A stretch of 64,000 nt of DNA from an uncultured Chloroflexia bacterium (GCA_963819655.1 CAWFXA010000001.1:544001-608000); one strand, 5' to 3'. Shown: positions 36,130-46,049, counted from the stretch's first letter. The notes: generated by a model not told the origin, from the sequence alone. Translations and numbers: made by a program.

Positions 36130-38314
36130 CGCTCCGGTGACCGGGACTACCCGGCGGTCGCGGTTCCCGGGCTGCGTCTTCCCCTGACGGAATGACCGGG
36201 CGGGCCGCTTGCGCCGCCTGCGGGCCGAGCTTGATCCCGATCGAGTCCAGCCAGCGCCGGATGTTCCGGTAGATCGCCGGTGCTCCGAGGGGCACCTCCT
36301 CGTCGAGCTCCCATTCGAGCGGGTGAAGGATGAACGGCTGGGTCTGCGGGCCTCCGAGGCCGCCGTGCGAGCCGATGAGCTCCTCGAACGCCGCCACCTC
36401 GCCGAGCTCGGGATCGTACTGGCTGATCAGCAGCAGGTCCGGCGCATGGGTCATCTCGTCTGCGCGCTTGAGGCTCATCACCGTGTGCGGCCCGAACAGG
36501 GTCGTCGGGTCCTCGCCTTCGACTCGGTCCTGGTCGAGGAAGCGCGTTCCCCGCGGCCCGAAGACGACGGCGCCGCGCGCCTTCGAGCGGACCAGGAGCA
36601 TCGCGACGCCCGGATGCGCCGCGACGGCGGCTACGAGACCCGGGTGCAACTCTTCGAGCTCCTCGACCGTGAGACGCTGATCGTGGCCGGTGAACCAGAC
36701 CAATCCGAGGTTCCCGGAACCGACCACCGCGATCGTCGATGCATCGGCGAGCGACAGTTTCTTCTCGTCCTTTTCCTCAGCGGTCTCGTCGAGGTTGACG
36801 ACGCCATCCGTTGTCTTGCTCGCCAGCGCGGCCCGGGCGACGGTGGGACCGACCCCTCGGCTCTGCGTGATCTCGGAGAGCATCGAGTTGACGAACGCCG
36901 ACCCCTCGGCCTTGGTCTTCGTCTCGACGAGGGTGGCCCGGCCGCTCATGAGGCTTCGCACGAACTCGCCCAGGCTGACGCCATACCGCTGGAGAAAGGT
37001 CTCGCCGAGGCTCTGGCCATGGTCGGACAGAACGACGAACTTGTACGGGCGCGGTGCCTCATCCGTCGCCTTGACGAGTGATGCGATCGCCTCGTCGACC
37101 CCGTCAAGCGCCTGGAACGATTCGACGCGTTCTGGCCCGCAGTGGTGGGCCAGCTCGTCGTAGTCGGTGAAATCCGCGTAGATGACATTCGTCCCGCGGT
37201 ACATCTCCTCGATGATCAGCGCGACGTTGACGTCGCGGAGCAGGACATTGCTGGCAGCGCGCATCCCCGCGTATTTCATCCCTCGGTGCATCTGCGGACG
37301 GATTCCCGCGCGTCTCGTGCGTCTGGCCTGGGCCAGCTCCTTGACGAACTCACCGAGGAACAGGGTGAACGAGCGCAGGTACCCGGTCGGGCTGAAGAAG
37401 AACGACATGAACGCCTGGCTGTCGCCGATGCCGCCGCCCTCCGCCTTGATCGCCGCGGTGGTCAGGTACGCGCGGGTGGCGTCGCCGGTCACCAGATTGC
37501 AGATGCTCGCGCCGTTGTTCGAGAGCAGGCCTTCGCCGTTCGAGACGCGCTGCACGATGAGGGCCGCGTCCACGGGGCTGCTCGACACCATCAGGTGCTG
37601 GCGATCGCGTTCGTACCAGCGGAAGGCGGGGATTCCGTCGTTGTTGCCATGGAGGATGCCGGCCTGGCTGGCCGACGTCATCGATGGCAGGATCGCCTCC
37701 CAGCGGGACAGTTTGTGGGTCCCATCACGAACCCAGTTGGCCATCGTGTTGACAGAACCGGCACGCATCCGGCCGGCCAGGATCGGATGGGCGAGTCCGT
37801 CGATCTGGAGGATCACGAGGCCGGGCTTTTCCGAGTGACCGACTGAGCGCTTGACCATCAGGCGCTGGACCAGGAGGCCGTAATAGGAACCGTCGCGGTC
37901 GATGCCCAGGATCGCCGTGAGGATGGTGTTGAAGATCGCGTACACGAACGACCCGATCAACGCCGTCACGAAGCCATCGACATGGACGCCCGGAGCCCAT
38001 TGCGCGACGACGATGAACGAGAGCACCTGGAAGACGAGCACGAGGACCGCGACGAGGATCAGCGACACGGGTGCCGCGAGCGTGAGCGCGACCGGCCGGA
38101 CGGCCGCGTTGAACAGCGCGACGAGGATGACCGCGACTACGGCGTCCAGCGGGCGATCGATGGTGATCCCGGGCATGATCCAGACCGTCGCCAGGAACGA
38201 GATGGTGGCGACGACCAGCGTGATGATCAGCCGGCGCAGCAGCGCCCAGGGCCCGCCACGCCACTCCCAGAGCACGCGAAGCTGTGTCCCGTAGAAGTCG
38301 AGCAGCCGTCGCAT
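36122..38314 (-). CDS. 4-TM holin-like domain fused to an alkaline-phosphatase-superfamily phosphodiesterase
   Basis: N-terminal FNAAVRP 4-TM domain; QIDGL, PSMTSASQ, DYDELAHH, LSDHG, SHGG. Confidence 0.82.
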   Translation of the reverse strand: MRRLLDFYGTQLRVLWEWRGGPWALLRRLIITLVVATISFLATVWIMPGITIDRPLDAVVAVILVALFNAAVRPVALTLAAPVSLILVAVLVLVFQVLSFIVVAQWAPGVHVDGFVTALIGSFVYAIFNTILTAILGIDRDGSYYGLLVQRLMVKRSVGHSEKPGLVILQIDGLAHPILAGRMRAGSVNTMANWVRDGTHKLSRWEAILPSMTSASQAGILHGNNDGIPAFRWYERDRQHLMVSSSPVDAALIVQRVSNGEGLLSNNGASICNLVTGDATRAYLTTAAIKAEGGGIGDSQAFMSFFFSPTGYLRSFTLFLGEFVKELAQARRTRRAGIRPQMHRGMKYAGMRAASNVLLRDVNVALIIEEMYRGTNVIYADFTDYDELAHHCGPERVESFQALDGVDEAIASLVKATDEAPRPYKFVVLSDHGQSLGETFLQRYGVSLGEFVRSLMSGRATLVETKTKAEGSAFVNSMLSEITQSRGVGPTVARAALASKTTDGVVNLDETAEEKDEKKLSLADASTIAVVGSGNLGLVWFTGHDQRLTVEELEELHPGLVAAVAAHPGVAMLLVRSKARGAVVFGPRGTRFLDQDRVEGEDPTTLFGPHTVMSLKRADEMTHAPDLLLISQYDPELGEVAAFEELIGSHGGLGGPQTQPFILHPLEWELDEEVPLGAPAIYRNIRRWLDSIGIKLGPQAAQAARPVIPSGEDAAREPRPPGSPGHRSVA

Positions 38315-38399
38315 CGTCAGCCTCCGCAGGAACCGCTAGGTGCGCGTCTCCGCATCGCGACGTCCCTGATGCGGGAAAGGATAGGCCGGGCCTCCCGGT

Positions 38400-38416
38400 T
38401 CACGTCATCGGGGTGA
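38400..38416. promoter_or_regulatory. Palindromic box 5, TCACGTCATCGGGGTGA
   Basis: About 86 bp upstream of the holin-phosphodiesterase gene. Confidence 0.55.
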
Positions 38417-38504
38417 CTGCCGCCACGCCCAGCGACCGAACGTGGCGATCCGGCTGGAAGTGTCTCAGGCGTCCAGCCGGATCGTGCTGCTTGTTGACGG
38501 GCGG

Positions 38505-38675
38505 TCAGATCCGCCGGCGACCGATTCCCCTCCCGGGGGTGACGGCAGCGGCGACGACCGCGGCCTTCGCGACCGGAGAGGGCCCGGGCTTGACGGCTGC
38601 GGTCACGACCGCGGCCTTCGCCACCGGAGCCCCGATGACGCCGACTCGTCCGATTCGTGCTGGTCGCAGTGGCAT
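38505..38675 (-). CDS. 56-aa cationic peptide with an internal repeat (not in the ORF track)
   Basis: MPLRPARIGRVGVIGAPVAKAAVVTAAVKPGPSPVAKAAVVAAAVTPGRGIGRRRI; AGGAG RBS; starts 2 nt after the upstream stop. Confidence 0.7.
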   Translation of the reverse strand: MPLRPARIGRVGVIGAPVAKAAVVTAAVKPGPSPVAKAAVVAAAVTPGRGIGRRRI

Positions 38676-38676
38676 G

Positions 38677-39135
38677 TCACGCTCCTACGTTGGCGGCAGC
38701 TTCATCGGCCTGGATGGAGGCGATGATGGCCTGGATCGGGATCCGCCCATTGGCGATCAGTCGGCCACCCGAGTGGCGCGCCGCCGCAGCGAATGGCGCA
38801 GCCCACAGATTCTCCCAGATGAGGACGCCTGCCGTGCTGCCGGGCTCCATGGCCGCGGCAAGGTTCACGACGTCCTCCTCGGCCAGCAGCTCGGCCAGCT
38901 GGGCTTCGATCTGCTGCAGCTCTCCGAGCTCGTCCACATCGGACAACTCTGCCGACGAGATCGTGCCGTCCGCGTCCTTGGTCAGGATCAGGATGTCGAT
39001 CACGCGAATGGTTCCAGCGTCGGACAGCTTGACGAGCTCTCTCGCCATGTCGCCCGTGAAGTTGCTGGCACCCGCCGGAAACTCAACGATGAGATAGTCG
39101 ACGGGACCGAGTTCATCGAGGGACGCTTCTGTCAT
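38677..39135 (-). CDS. DUF6325/DUF1269-like protein (second paralog)
   Basis: GPVDYLIVEFP, GTIRVIDI, WENLWA, GRIP; AAGGA RBS. Confidence 0.78.
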   Translation of the reverse strand: MTEASLDELGPVDYLIVEFPAGASNFTGDMARELVKLSDAGTIRVIDILILTKDADGTISSAELSDVDELGELQQIEAQLAELLAEEDVVNLAAAMEPGSTAGVLIWENLWAAPFAAAARHSGGRLIANGRIPIQAIIASIQADEAAANVGA

Positions 39136-39223
39136 GCGCAGTTCCTTCACATCGGCTCGGCCGCGCGCTCCCGGTCGGGACCCGGGGCCTAGGTCAACGT
39201 ACCGTCGAACGCCGGCCTGTCCA

Positions 39224-39240
39224 TCACCTCGAACGGGTGA
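39224..39240. promoter_or_regulatory. Palindromic box 6, TCACCTCGAACGGGTGA
   Basis: TACGTT 22 nt downstream on the minus strand. Confidence 0.75.
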
Positions 39241-39396
39241 CCCAGAGGCCCATGCGCAAGTACCACCATGCGGACGACGGCGATCTGCAGCCAGGGACAG
39301 GGGCGGCATGGCGTTCTTCGACGATGCGCCGACCAGACGGGTCCCTCTCGAGTGCCGGACCCCATCGTTCACCGGCCACGTGGCGGCGGCGGCGCG

Positions 39397-41106
39397 GTGA
39401 CCAGCACGCCGGGCACACCTGACGTGTCCGGCCTCACGGCATGGGTCCCGGCAGTCGGCTGGCTGCGGCGCTACGACCGTGCATGGCTGCGCGCGGACAT
39501 CATCGCCGCCGTGACCGTCTGGGCGGTGGTCGTGCCGCAGGCGATCGCATACGCCGGCATCGCCGGCCTGGAGCCCGGCTCGGGCCTGTTCGCGGCCGCG
39601 GCCGGGCTGGTCGCCTACGGGCTGTTGGGCACCTCGAAACAAATCATCGTCAGTCCGACGTCATCGACCGCGGCGGTCTCCGCGTCGATCATCGCGGCGG
39701 TCGCCGCCGGCAACGTCGAACGGTTCGGGGTCCTCTCGGCAGCCCTCGCGCTCCTGGCCGGGATCGCGCTATTGGTCATGGGCGTCGCGAAGCTCGGGTT
39801 CGTCGCCAGGTTCATCCCGCACGGCGTCCATGTCGGCTTCATGTTCGGGCTGGGTCTCACGATCATCGCCGGCCAGGCGGCCAAGATCCTCGGTGTCCCT
39901 GGAACATCGGGCACGTTCGGCGAGCAACTTCGCCAGGTCACGGCCAGCGTGGCCCAGATGGGAATCAATCCATGGGCCGTCGTCATCGGGGTCGGCGCGC
40001 TGGCTGCCCTGCTCGTCGGCCGTCGGGTCGCCCCGGCACTCCCGGTCGCGATCGTCGTCGTCGTCGCGGGCATCGCCGCCGTCGCCCTGTTCGACCTCGC
40101 CGCCCGCGGCGTCGCCGTCATCGGGCAGGTCACCGGTGGCTGGCCGATGCCGTCCCTGCCGCTCGTCGGCGCAGGGGAACTGTTGGTCCTCGTGCCCGGG
40201 GCGATCGCGCTCTCGATCGTCGCGACGGCCGAGAGCCTGACCGTCGCACAGCAGCTCGCGGACAAGCACCGCAAGGAGATCCGGCCCGACCAGGAACTCG
40301 TGGCCAACGGCGGGGGGAACGCATTGTCCGGGCTGTTCGGAGGCTTCATCGTCGGCGGTGGAGCGAGCCAGAGTGCCGCCAACGACGCTGCCGGCGGGCG
40401 GACGCAGATCGTGTCGTTCATCGTCGCGGCCCTCACCGTCCTGACCTCGGTCGCGCTCCTGCCGCTGTTCGCCGATCTGCCCCAGCCGGTCCTTGGGGCC
40501 ATCGTCATCAGTGGGGTGGTCGGCTTCCTGCGCGTCGTCGAGGTGCGCCGCATCCGCTCACTCCGGCGCGACGCATTCGTCGGCACGCTGGTGGCGCTCG
40601 CCGCCACGCTCGTCCTCGGCATCCTGCCGGGCCTCATCGTTTCGATCATCCTCGCGCTGCTGGTGCTGCTCGTGCGTCTCGCCAAGCCGACCATGTCGGC
40701 GCTGGGGCACCTGGCCGACCGCCGGACCTGGGTCGCGCTCGAGCGGGCGCCGGACGCCCGAACCGAGCCCGGGCTGCTGGTGTTGCGCATCGACGCCCCC
40801 TTGCTCTACCTGAACGCCGGGCTGATGCGGGACGAGCTTCGGTCGGCGCTGGCCGCTGCGGACCCACCGCCGACGGTCGTCATCCTCGACCTCTCGATGT
40901 CGTCCGATCTCGACATCGAGAGTCTCGATATGCTGGTTCGCCTGGCCGAGCATGCCGCAGGGGCCGGCACGGAGCTCTGGCTCGCCGAGGTCCGTGGGCC
41001 GTTACGCGACATGTTCGAGCGGGCCGGGATCGATGCGGAGACCGGGAAACCACGCGTCTTCCGGTCGATGTCGGACGCGATGGCCTCTTTCGAGGCCGCA
41101 ACGTGA
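39397..41106 (+). CDS. SulP/SLC26 anion transporter with STAS domain
   Basis: PQAIAYAGIAGL, GTS, PDQELVA; STAS LRIDAPLLYLNA..VILDLS. Confidence 0.92.
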   Translation: MTSTPGTPDVSGLTAWVPAVGWLRRYDRAWLRADIIAAVTVWAVVVPQAIAYAGIAGLEPGSGLFAAAAGLVAYGLLGTSKQIIVSPTSSTAAVSASIIAAVAAGNVERFGVLSAALALLAGIALLVMGVAKLGFVARFIPHGVHVGFMFGLGLTIIAGQAAKILGVPGTSGTFGEQLRQVTASVAQMGINPWAVVIGVGALAALLVGRRVAPALPVAIVVVVAGIAAVALFDLAARGVAVIGQVTGGWPMPSLPLVGAGELLVLVPGAIALSIVATAESLTVAQQLADKHRKEIRPDQELVANGGGNALSGLFGGFIVGGGASQSAANDAAGGRTQIVSFIVAALTVLTSVALLPLFADLPQPVLGAIVISGVVGFLRVVEVRRIRSLRRDAFVGTLVALAATLVLGILPGLIVSIILALLVLLVRLAKPTMSALGHLADRRTWVALERAPDARTEPGLLVLRIDAPLLYLNAGLMRDELRSALAAADPPPTVVILDLSMSSDLDIESLDMLVRLAEHAAGAGTELWLAEVRGPLRDMFERAGIDAETGKPRVFRSMSDAMASFEAAT

Positions 41107-41255
41107 CCAGCGACCCGGTGGCCTCGCCCGACACGCCCGCATCGCCCGAAGAGGATGGCCGATCCCTGCGACGAGCGGCGACTCTGACCGCCGCTGTCGG
41201 GATCGCCTTCAGCGTCCTGTTCGTTTCGTATCGTGACCGGGAGGGGGGTCGCTAG
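41103..41255 (+). pseudogene. Truncated membrane-protein fragment
   Basis: GTGA-coupled to SulP; one TM segment (LTAAVGIAFSVLFV) then an abrupt end. Confidence 0.4.
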
Positions 41256-41936
41256 ATGCTCGACCAGGCGCTCGGGGACCTGTTGCCGCTGGCAATCGGG
41301 ATCGCGATCAGCCCGATCCCGATCATCGCCTGCATCCTGATCCTGTTCTCCCCCAGTGCCCGGGTGAACGGGCCCTTGTTCCTGCTCGGCTGGGTCATCG
41401 GGGTCGCCGCGGTCACGACCCTCGTGCTGCTCCTGTCAGGTACGGCGGGGGCGACAGACTCGTCAGCGAGCGGGCCACCGATCGGGGCAGTCGTCATGAC
41501 TCTCCTCGGCCTGGCGGCGATCGCCCTCGGGATCAGGCAATGGCGCTCGCAGCCCAAGCCGGGTGAAGAGGCGAAGCTGCCCGCCTGGATGTCGGCGATC
41601 GCGGACTTTCCGCCGCTGCGTGCGCTGGCGTTTGGGATCCTGCTGTCGGCGCTGAACCCGAAGAACCTGGCGTTCGCCGCCGCGGCCGGCGTGACCATCG
41701 ATGGTGCCGTGGCAGCCGGTGGCAACGCTGTGGCGATGATCGTCCTGTTCGTGATCCTGGCGAGTCTCTCGATCGCGGTTCCGGTGGGTTACGTCCTCGT
41801 CGGCGGTGCTGGCGCGCGTCAACGGCTCGAGGGCTGGCGATCGTGGTTGACCGCGCACAACGCTGCGGTCATGGCGGTGCTGTTCGTCGTCATCGGCGCC
41901 AAGTTGCTGGGAGAGGGGCTGGACGGGCTGCAGTAG
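41256..41936 (+). CDS. GAP/Sap-family (LysE superfamily) membrane protein
   Basis: LAIGIAISPIPII, LNPKNL, WLTAHNAAVM. Confidence 0.8.
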   Translation: MLDQALGDLLPLAIGIAISPIPIIACILILFSPSARVNGPLFLLGWVIGVAAVTTLVLLLSGTAGATDSSASGPPIGAVVMTLLGLAAIALGIRQWRSQPKPGEEAKLPAWMSAIADFPPLRALAFGILLSALNPKNLAFAAAAGVTIDGAVAAGGNAVAMIVLFVILASLSIAVPVGYVLVGGAGARQRLEGWRSWLTAHNAAVMAVLFVVIGAKLLGEGLDGLQ

Positions 41937-41953
41937 AGGGGGCGCGCCCAGCT

Positions 41954-43240
41954 TCAGGCGGGCTCGTCCGAGGCGATCGATCGGCGGTCAAGGCCGCCAC
42001 GGGTCCTGAGCTCGGTCGTCTGTTTGTGCTCGGCGGCGTCGTCGGGGAGGGTGGCCACGAACGCCCCGTAGCGGGCCACAGCGGGACCCGCGGACAGGCC
42101 GTGGGCGATGACGCTCAATGCGATCGTCAAGGCCACCGCTGCCACGACCGTCGCACCGAACGGCGGCGGTCCGCCGCCGTCACCGAGCGCGACCAGCGCG
42201 AGCACGATCGATGCAAGGCCGCGTGGACCGAACCAGCCGATGAAGGCGACCGTGGGCGAACGGAGCCTCGTCCCGCGCAGGGAGAGCACCACGGGCAGCA
42301 TCCGGACCACGGTCAGCGACAGGACCGTGTAGATCACGACGGATACCGAGAACGCGGTAGCGATCCCCACGAGCAACACGCCGAACAGGAAGAACACGAT
42401 CAGCCCGAGGAGCTCGCTGCCGATCTCGGCGAACTCCAAGAATGCCTCCGGCACCCGGCCGTACGTTGCCGTCGTCGCAAGGCCGGCGGCGAAGGCGGCC
42501 ACGAACACGTTGCCGCCGAGCTCGTGGGCCACGAACCAGGCCAGGAGGCCGATCGCCGGGATCACCACCCAATACGCGCCCTCGAGCATCCACCGGCGCG
42601 CGATGGCGACTCGCACGGCAAGCGCTCCCACGACCCCGACGACCACGCCGGCGATGGTGCCGAGGGCGATCTGCGCGAACGCATCCGAGATCCAGGCCGT
42701 GTCCCCGAGATCGCCGCCAGACACGGCCAACGTCGCGGCGACGACGACGATCGGCGTCACGAGGCCGTCGTTCAGCCCCGACTCCACGTTGAGCGCCTGT
42801 CGGATGCGGCGTGGCACGACCGGGCTGTTGACGACCATGGCTCCGAGCGCGGCGTCGGTCGGCGCCAGGAGGGTCGCGAGGATGACGGCTTCGATGACGG
42901 TGATCCCCGGCAGCACTACGAGTGCCGCCGCCGTCCCGGCCACGATCGTCAACGGCAGCCCGATGGCGAGGAGCCTGAGCGGAAGGCCTGCGGTCCGCCG
43001 CAGGGCCCCGATGTCGATCCGCGCGGCATCGACAACGAGGGCAAGGATGAGCGCCGCTTCCCCGGCGGCCCCCAGCAGCTCGACGTCGACCGTCATCTCC
43101 GGCGTCCCTCGGACGGCGATGCCGAGTCCGATCCCGAGGGCGAGCATGACGATCTGGGCCGTGACGCTGCGCCGGTCGAGCAGCCTCGAGAACAGCGCGT
43201 AGGCGAGCAGCCCCGCGAAGAACAAGCCGACCGTCAGCAT
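41954..43240 (-). CDS. Cation:proton antiporter (CPA1/NhaP-like)
   Basis: LAPTDAALG, NVESGLNDG, WFGPRGLAS. Confidence 0.9.
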   Translation of the reverse strand: MLTVGLFFAGLLAYALFSRLLDRRSVTAQIVMLALGIGLGIAVRGTPEMTVDVELLGAAGEAALILALVVDAARIDIGALRRTAGLPLRLLAIGLPLTIVAGTAAALVVLPGITVIEAVILATLLAPTDAALGAMVVNSPVVPRRIRQALNVESGLNDGLVTPIVVVAATLAVSGGDLGDTAWISDAFAQIALGTIAGVVVGVVGALAVRVAIARRWMLEGAYWVVIPAIGLLAWFVAHELGGNVFVAAFAAGLATTATYGRVPEAFLEFAEIGSELLGLIVFFLFGVLLVGIATAFSVSVVIYTVLSLTVVRMLPVVLSLRGTRLRSPTVAFIGWFGPRGLASIVLALVALGDGGGPPPFGATVVAAVALTIALSVIAHGLSAGPAVARYGAFVATLPDDAAEHKQTTELRTRGGLDRRSIASDEPA

Positions 43241-43263
43241 CGCATCAATCTACGTCCGCGTGG

Positions 43264-45795
43264 TCATGGCGATGGGGTCGGTGCGTCGCTCGCGGGCGAT
43301 GCTGGGGCCGTCGACTCGGGCGGCGCCGATGGCCCGGGCGTCGACTCGGGCGGCGGCGGCGCGGACGGGAGTGCTGTGGGGGTCGGAGTCGGTGGCGGTG
43401 CGCTCTCGAGTGGCGGTCCGCTCGACACGATGAGCGTGACCGGGGCGCGGAATGCAACTTCACGGCCGGCCGCCGGCTCGGTCGCGATGACAAGCCCGCG
43501 CGGCGCATCGGCGTCCGGTTGATCCGATGTGGCCGCGACGAAGAGGCCGGCGCTCGTCAAGGCGACGATGGCGTCCGCCGCAGCCATGCCGGCCACATCC
43601 GGTATGACGACCGTCCCCCGCGCGGTCGACACCGAGATCTCGATCGTGTCGCTGCTCACGACGGCCGCTCCGGGTGGGGGGTCCTGTTCGATGACGGTCG
43701 CCTCCGGTAATCGGTCGGTCTGAACGAGCGTCGGCTCCCCGAGGATCAGCCCGACGGCCTGGGCCTGGGCGCGCGCCCGTTCGAGCGGCAACCCGATGAG
43801 ATTGGGCGACACGACAGCAGCCGGAGCCCTGGCCGGGCGGTCGCCAATGAGGAGTGCAGCGACCAGCGCGGCGACGACCACGGCACCGACGACGATGGCC
43901 CCGGTCGACCAGCGTCGTGGGGGCTCCTTCGCCTCGTGCGACGGTGTGGCCGTCACACCACCGGGCTGCGCACCACCGTCCACGGTCACCGGGGTGGGAG
44001 CCGTCGTGCCGGGCGTCGCCTGGCCGGTGACGGCCACGCCGACGTCCCCATCGCGCGGTTCGGCGACGACTTCGCCGAGGGTCCGCGTGACGGCAGCCTC
44101 GTCGCCGGCGAGGTCATCGAGGCCGAAGTCGCGCAGCAGATCCCGGAGCTGGCCGTTGGGCCTGGCCATGACCAGCTCCACGTCGTGCTCCGCGAGGTCC
44201 CGCTGGAGCGTCCGAAGTCCATCGGCAGCCGTGATGTCGAGGTCGACGATCGGAGCGGCATCGATGACGACGCGGTTGATGTCGGGACGTTCGGCCAGCA
44301 GCGACCTGATCCGCGAACGGATCGCCGTGGAGGTGGCAAAGAACAGCGGCCCGGCGAACCGCACGATCAACGTGCCCGGCACACGCCGAGCGGTCGTGTC
44401 CCGCTGCAGGTCCGCGAACGCGCCCGATCCGGGGAGCCGGCCGAGCTCGTCGATCCGTGGCTGGGCGGCGCGCCGGAACACGTTGAGCGCCGCCAGCATC
44501 GCGGCGATGCCGACGCCGGCCAGCGTTCCGTACACGAGGACCCCGACCGTCGCCGCGACGGCGATCGCGCCTTCGACCCGCTGGAGCCGCCACACCCTGA
44601 TCACCCCGCGAACGTCGATGAACCGCAAGGCCGAGGCGAGAACGACGGCACCCAGCGCCGGGATGGGCAGGTTGGTTAGGAGCCCGGCGAGGAACAGCAG
44701 CACGAGCGCGACCGCTCCTGCGGCGATGACGCCGGCCACCTGGGTCGTAGCTCCGGACGCCTCGGCCGCGGCGGTGCGCGATGGGCTGGAACTGATCGGA
44801 TAGCCGCTGGTCAGGCTGCCGCCGAGATCCGCCGCGGCGAGTGCCACGAGTTCGCGATCTGGATCCGTTTCCTCGCCGTGTCGGCCGGCGAAGCTCCTTC
44901 CCGTCAGCACGGTGTCGGCAAAGCTCAGGATCGCGATGCCAAAAGCGCTCGGGAGTAGCGCGACGGCCTCATCGATGGAGACCAGCGGGAGGCCGACCGG
45001 GGGCAGGCCCGACGGCACCGGACCGAGGACGAGCACGCCACGGTCCGGCAGGCCCAGGACGACGGTGGCGACGAGGGCCGCGACGAGCGCGGGCAGGGCG
45101 ACCGGAACGCCCGGCAGCCACCGATCCCCGGCCGTGATCGCCGCGAAGACCAGGACTCCGATCACGATCGACGGCAGGTTCACGGGGCCCTGCGACAGGG
45201 CGATGCCGACGGCTTCGATGACGGACCCGGGATCCACCTGGGTGAGGTCGGTCCCGACCAGGACCGAGAGGACGTCCGCAAGCGGCTGCCCGCCCAGGAT
45301 CTTGGGAATCTGGTCGAGCGCGACGCTGATGCCCACGCCGGTCATGTACCCGACGAGGATGGGCCGGGACAGGAAGTCGGCCAGGAACCCGAGCGACGCC
45401 GCGCGCATGCCGACGAAGACGATCGCGACCAGCAGGGCCAAGGCTGACGCCAGGCGGATGCGATCGTCGGCGACGACGGCAAGGGGGACGACAGCCGCCC
45501 CGACGAGGGCCGCGGTCGCGGCATCCGGGCCGACGATCAGTCGCCGAGCGGAGCCGAAGACCGCATAGGCAAGGAGCGGAACGAGCGAGGCGTACAGGCC
45601 GGCTTCCGGCGGGAGCCCGGCGACCTGGGCGTAGCCGATGCTGAGCGGGATGATCAGCGCTGCCACGGTGATGCCGCCGATCGCGTCGCCGCGCAGGGCA
45701 GACCGACGGTAGTCGCGGACGGTCCAGGCGAGCGGGGGGCCGCCGGCCGTCAATCGTGCCGCCAACCGGCCAAGCAGCCCTTTGATCTGGCTCAC
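43264..45795 (-). CDS. SulP anion transporter + STAS + extra TM + two PASTA-like domains + Pro-rich tail
   Basis: GYAQVAGLPPEAGLY, DPDRELVA, RFAGPLFFA; PNLIGLPLERA..QDPPPG and PDVAGMAAADA..LIVSSG. Confidence 0.85.
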   Translation of the reverse strand: MSQIKGLLGRLAARLTAGGPPLAWTVRDYRRSALRGDAIGGITVAALIIPLSIGYAQVAGLPPEAGLYASLVPLLAYAVFGSARRLIVGPDAATAALVGAAVVPLAVVADDRIRLASALALLVAIVFVGMRAASLGFLADFLSRPILVGYMTGVGISVALDQIPKILGGQPLADVLSVLVGTDLTQVDPGSVIEAVGIALSQGPVNLPSIVIGVLVFAAITAGDRWLPGVPVALPALVAALVATVVLGLPDRGVLVLGPVPSGLPPVGLPLVSIDEAVALLPSAFGIAILSFADTVLTGRSFAGRHGEETDPDRELVALAAADLGGSLTSGYPISSSPSRTAAAEASGATTQVAGVIAAGAVALVLLFLAGLLTNLPIPALGAVVLASALRFIDVRGVIRVWRLQRVEGAIAVAATVGVLVYGTLAGVGIAAMLAALNVFRRAAQPRIDELGRLPGSGAFADLQRDTTARRVPGTLIVRFAGPLFFATSTAIRSRIRSLLAERPDINRVVIDAAPIVDLDITAADGLRTLQRDLAEHDVELVMARPNGQLRDLLRDFGLDDLAGDEAAVTRTLGEVVAEPRDGDVGVAVTGQATPGTTAPTPVTVDGGAQPGGVTATPSHEAKEPPRRWSTGAIVVGAVVVAALVAALLIGDRPARAPAAVVSPNLIGLPLERARAQAQAVGLILGEPTLVQTDRLPEATVIEQDPPPGAAVVSSDTIEISVSTARGTVVIPDVAGMAAADAIVALTSAGLFVAATSDQPDADAPRGLVIATEPAAGREVAFRAPVTLIVSSGPPLESAPPPTPTPTALPSAPPPPESTPGPSAPPESTAPASPASDAPTPSP

Positions 45796-45889
45796 GTGAT
45801 CGGTCGAACGGTCGTCGGAGGGTGCGTGCCGGCCTCCCGAGAGCACGGGTGGATGGTCGTACGATTGCGACTGCGCATCTAGGCGAGCA

Positions 45890-45906
45890 TCGTCCGGTTC
45901 GGATGA
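45890..45906. promoter_or_regulatory. Palindromic box 7, TCGTCCGGTTCGGATGA
   Basis: About 95 bp upstream of the SulP-PASTA start. Confidence 0.6.
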
Positions 45907-45937
45907 AGGGCGTAGCCACGCGCGCTCTGCCCCGCAA

Positions 45938-45954
45938 TCACCCGCTTCGAATGA
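45938..45954. promoter_or_regulatory. Palindromic box 8, TCACCCGCTTCGAATGA
   Basis: CACAGT 22 nt downstream on the plus strand, toward the K+ channel gene. Confidence 0.65.
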
Positions 45955-46049
45955 CGACCCGCCCCCGTTTCACGGGCACAGTCGGGCGGGATCACGCGAG
46001 CGCATCGTGGACGGTCAACCGGCCGCGCGGCGCAGCAGGAGGGATCACG

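Noticed and set aside
36122-38314. Prophage suggested by the holin-like domain
   Set aside because: No capsid, terminase, integrase or endolysin gene, and the domain is fused to an enzyme.
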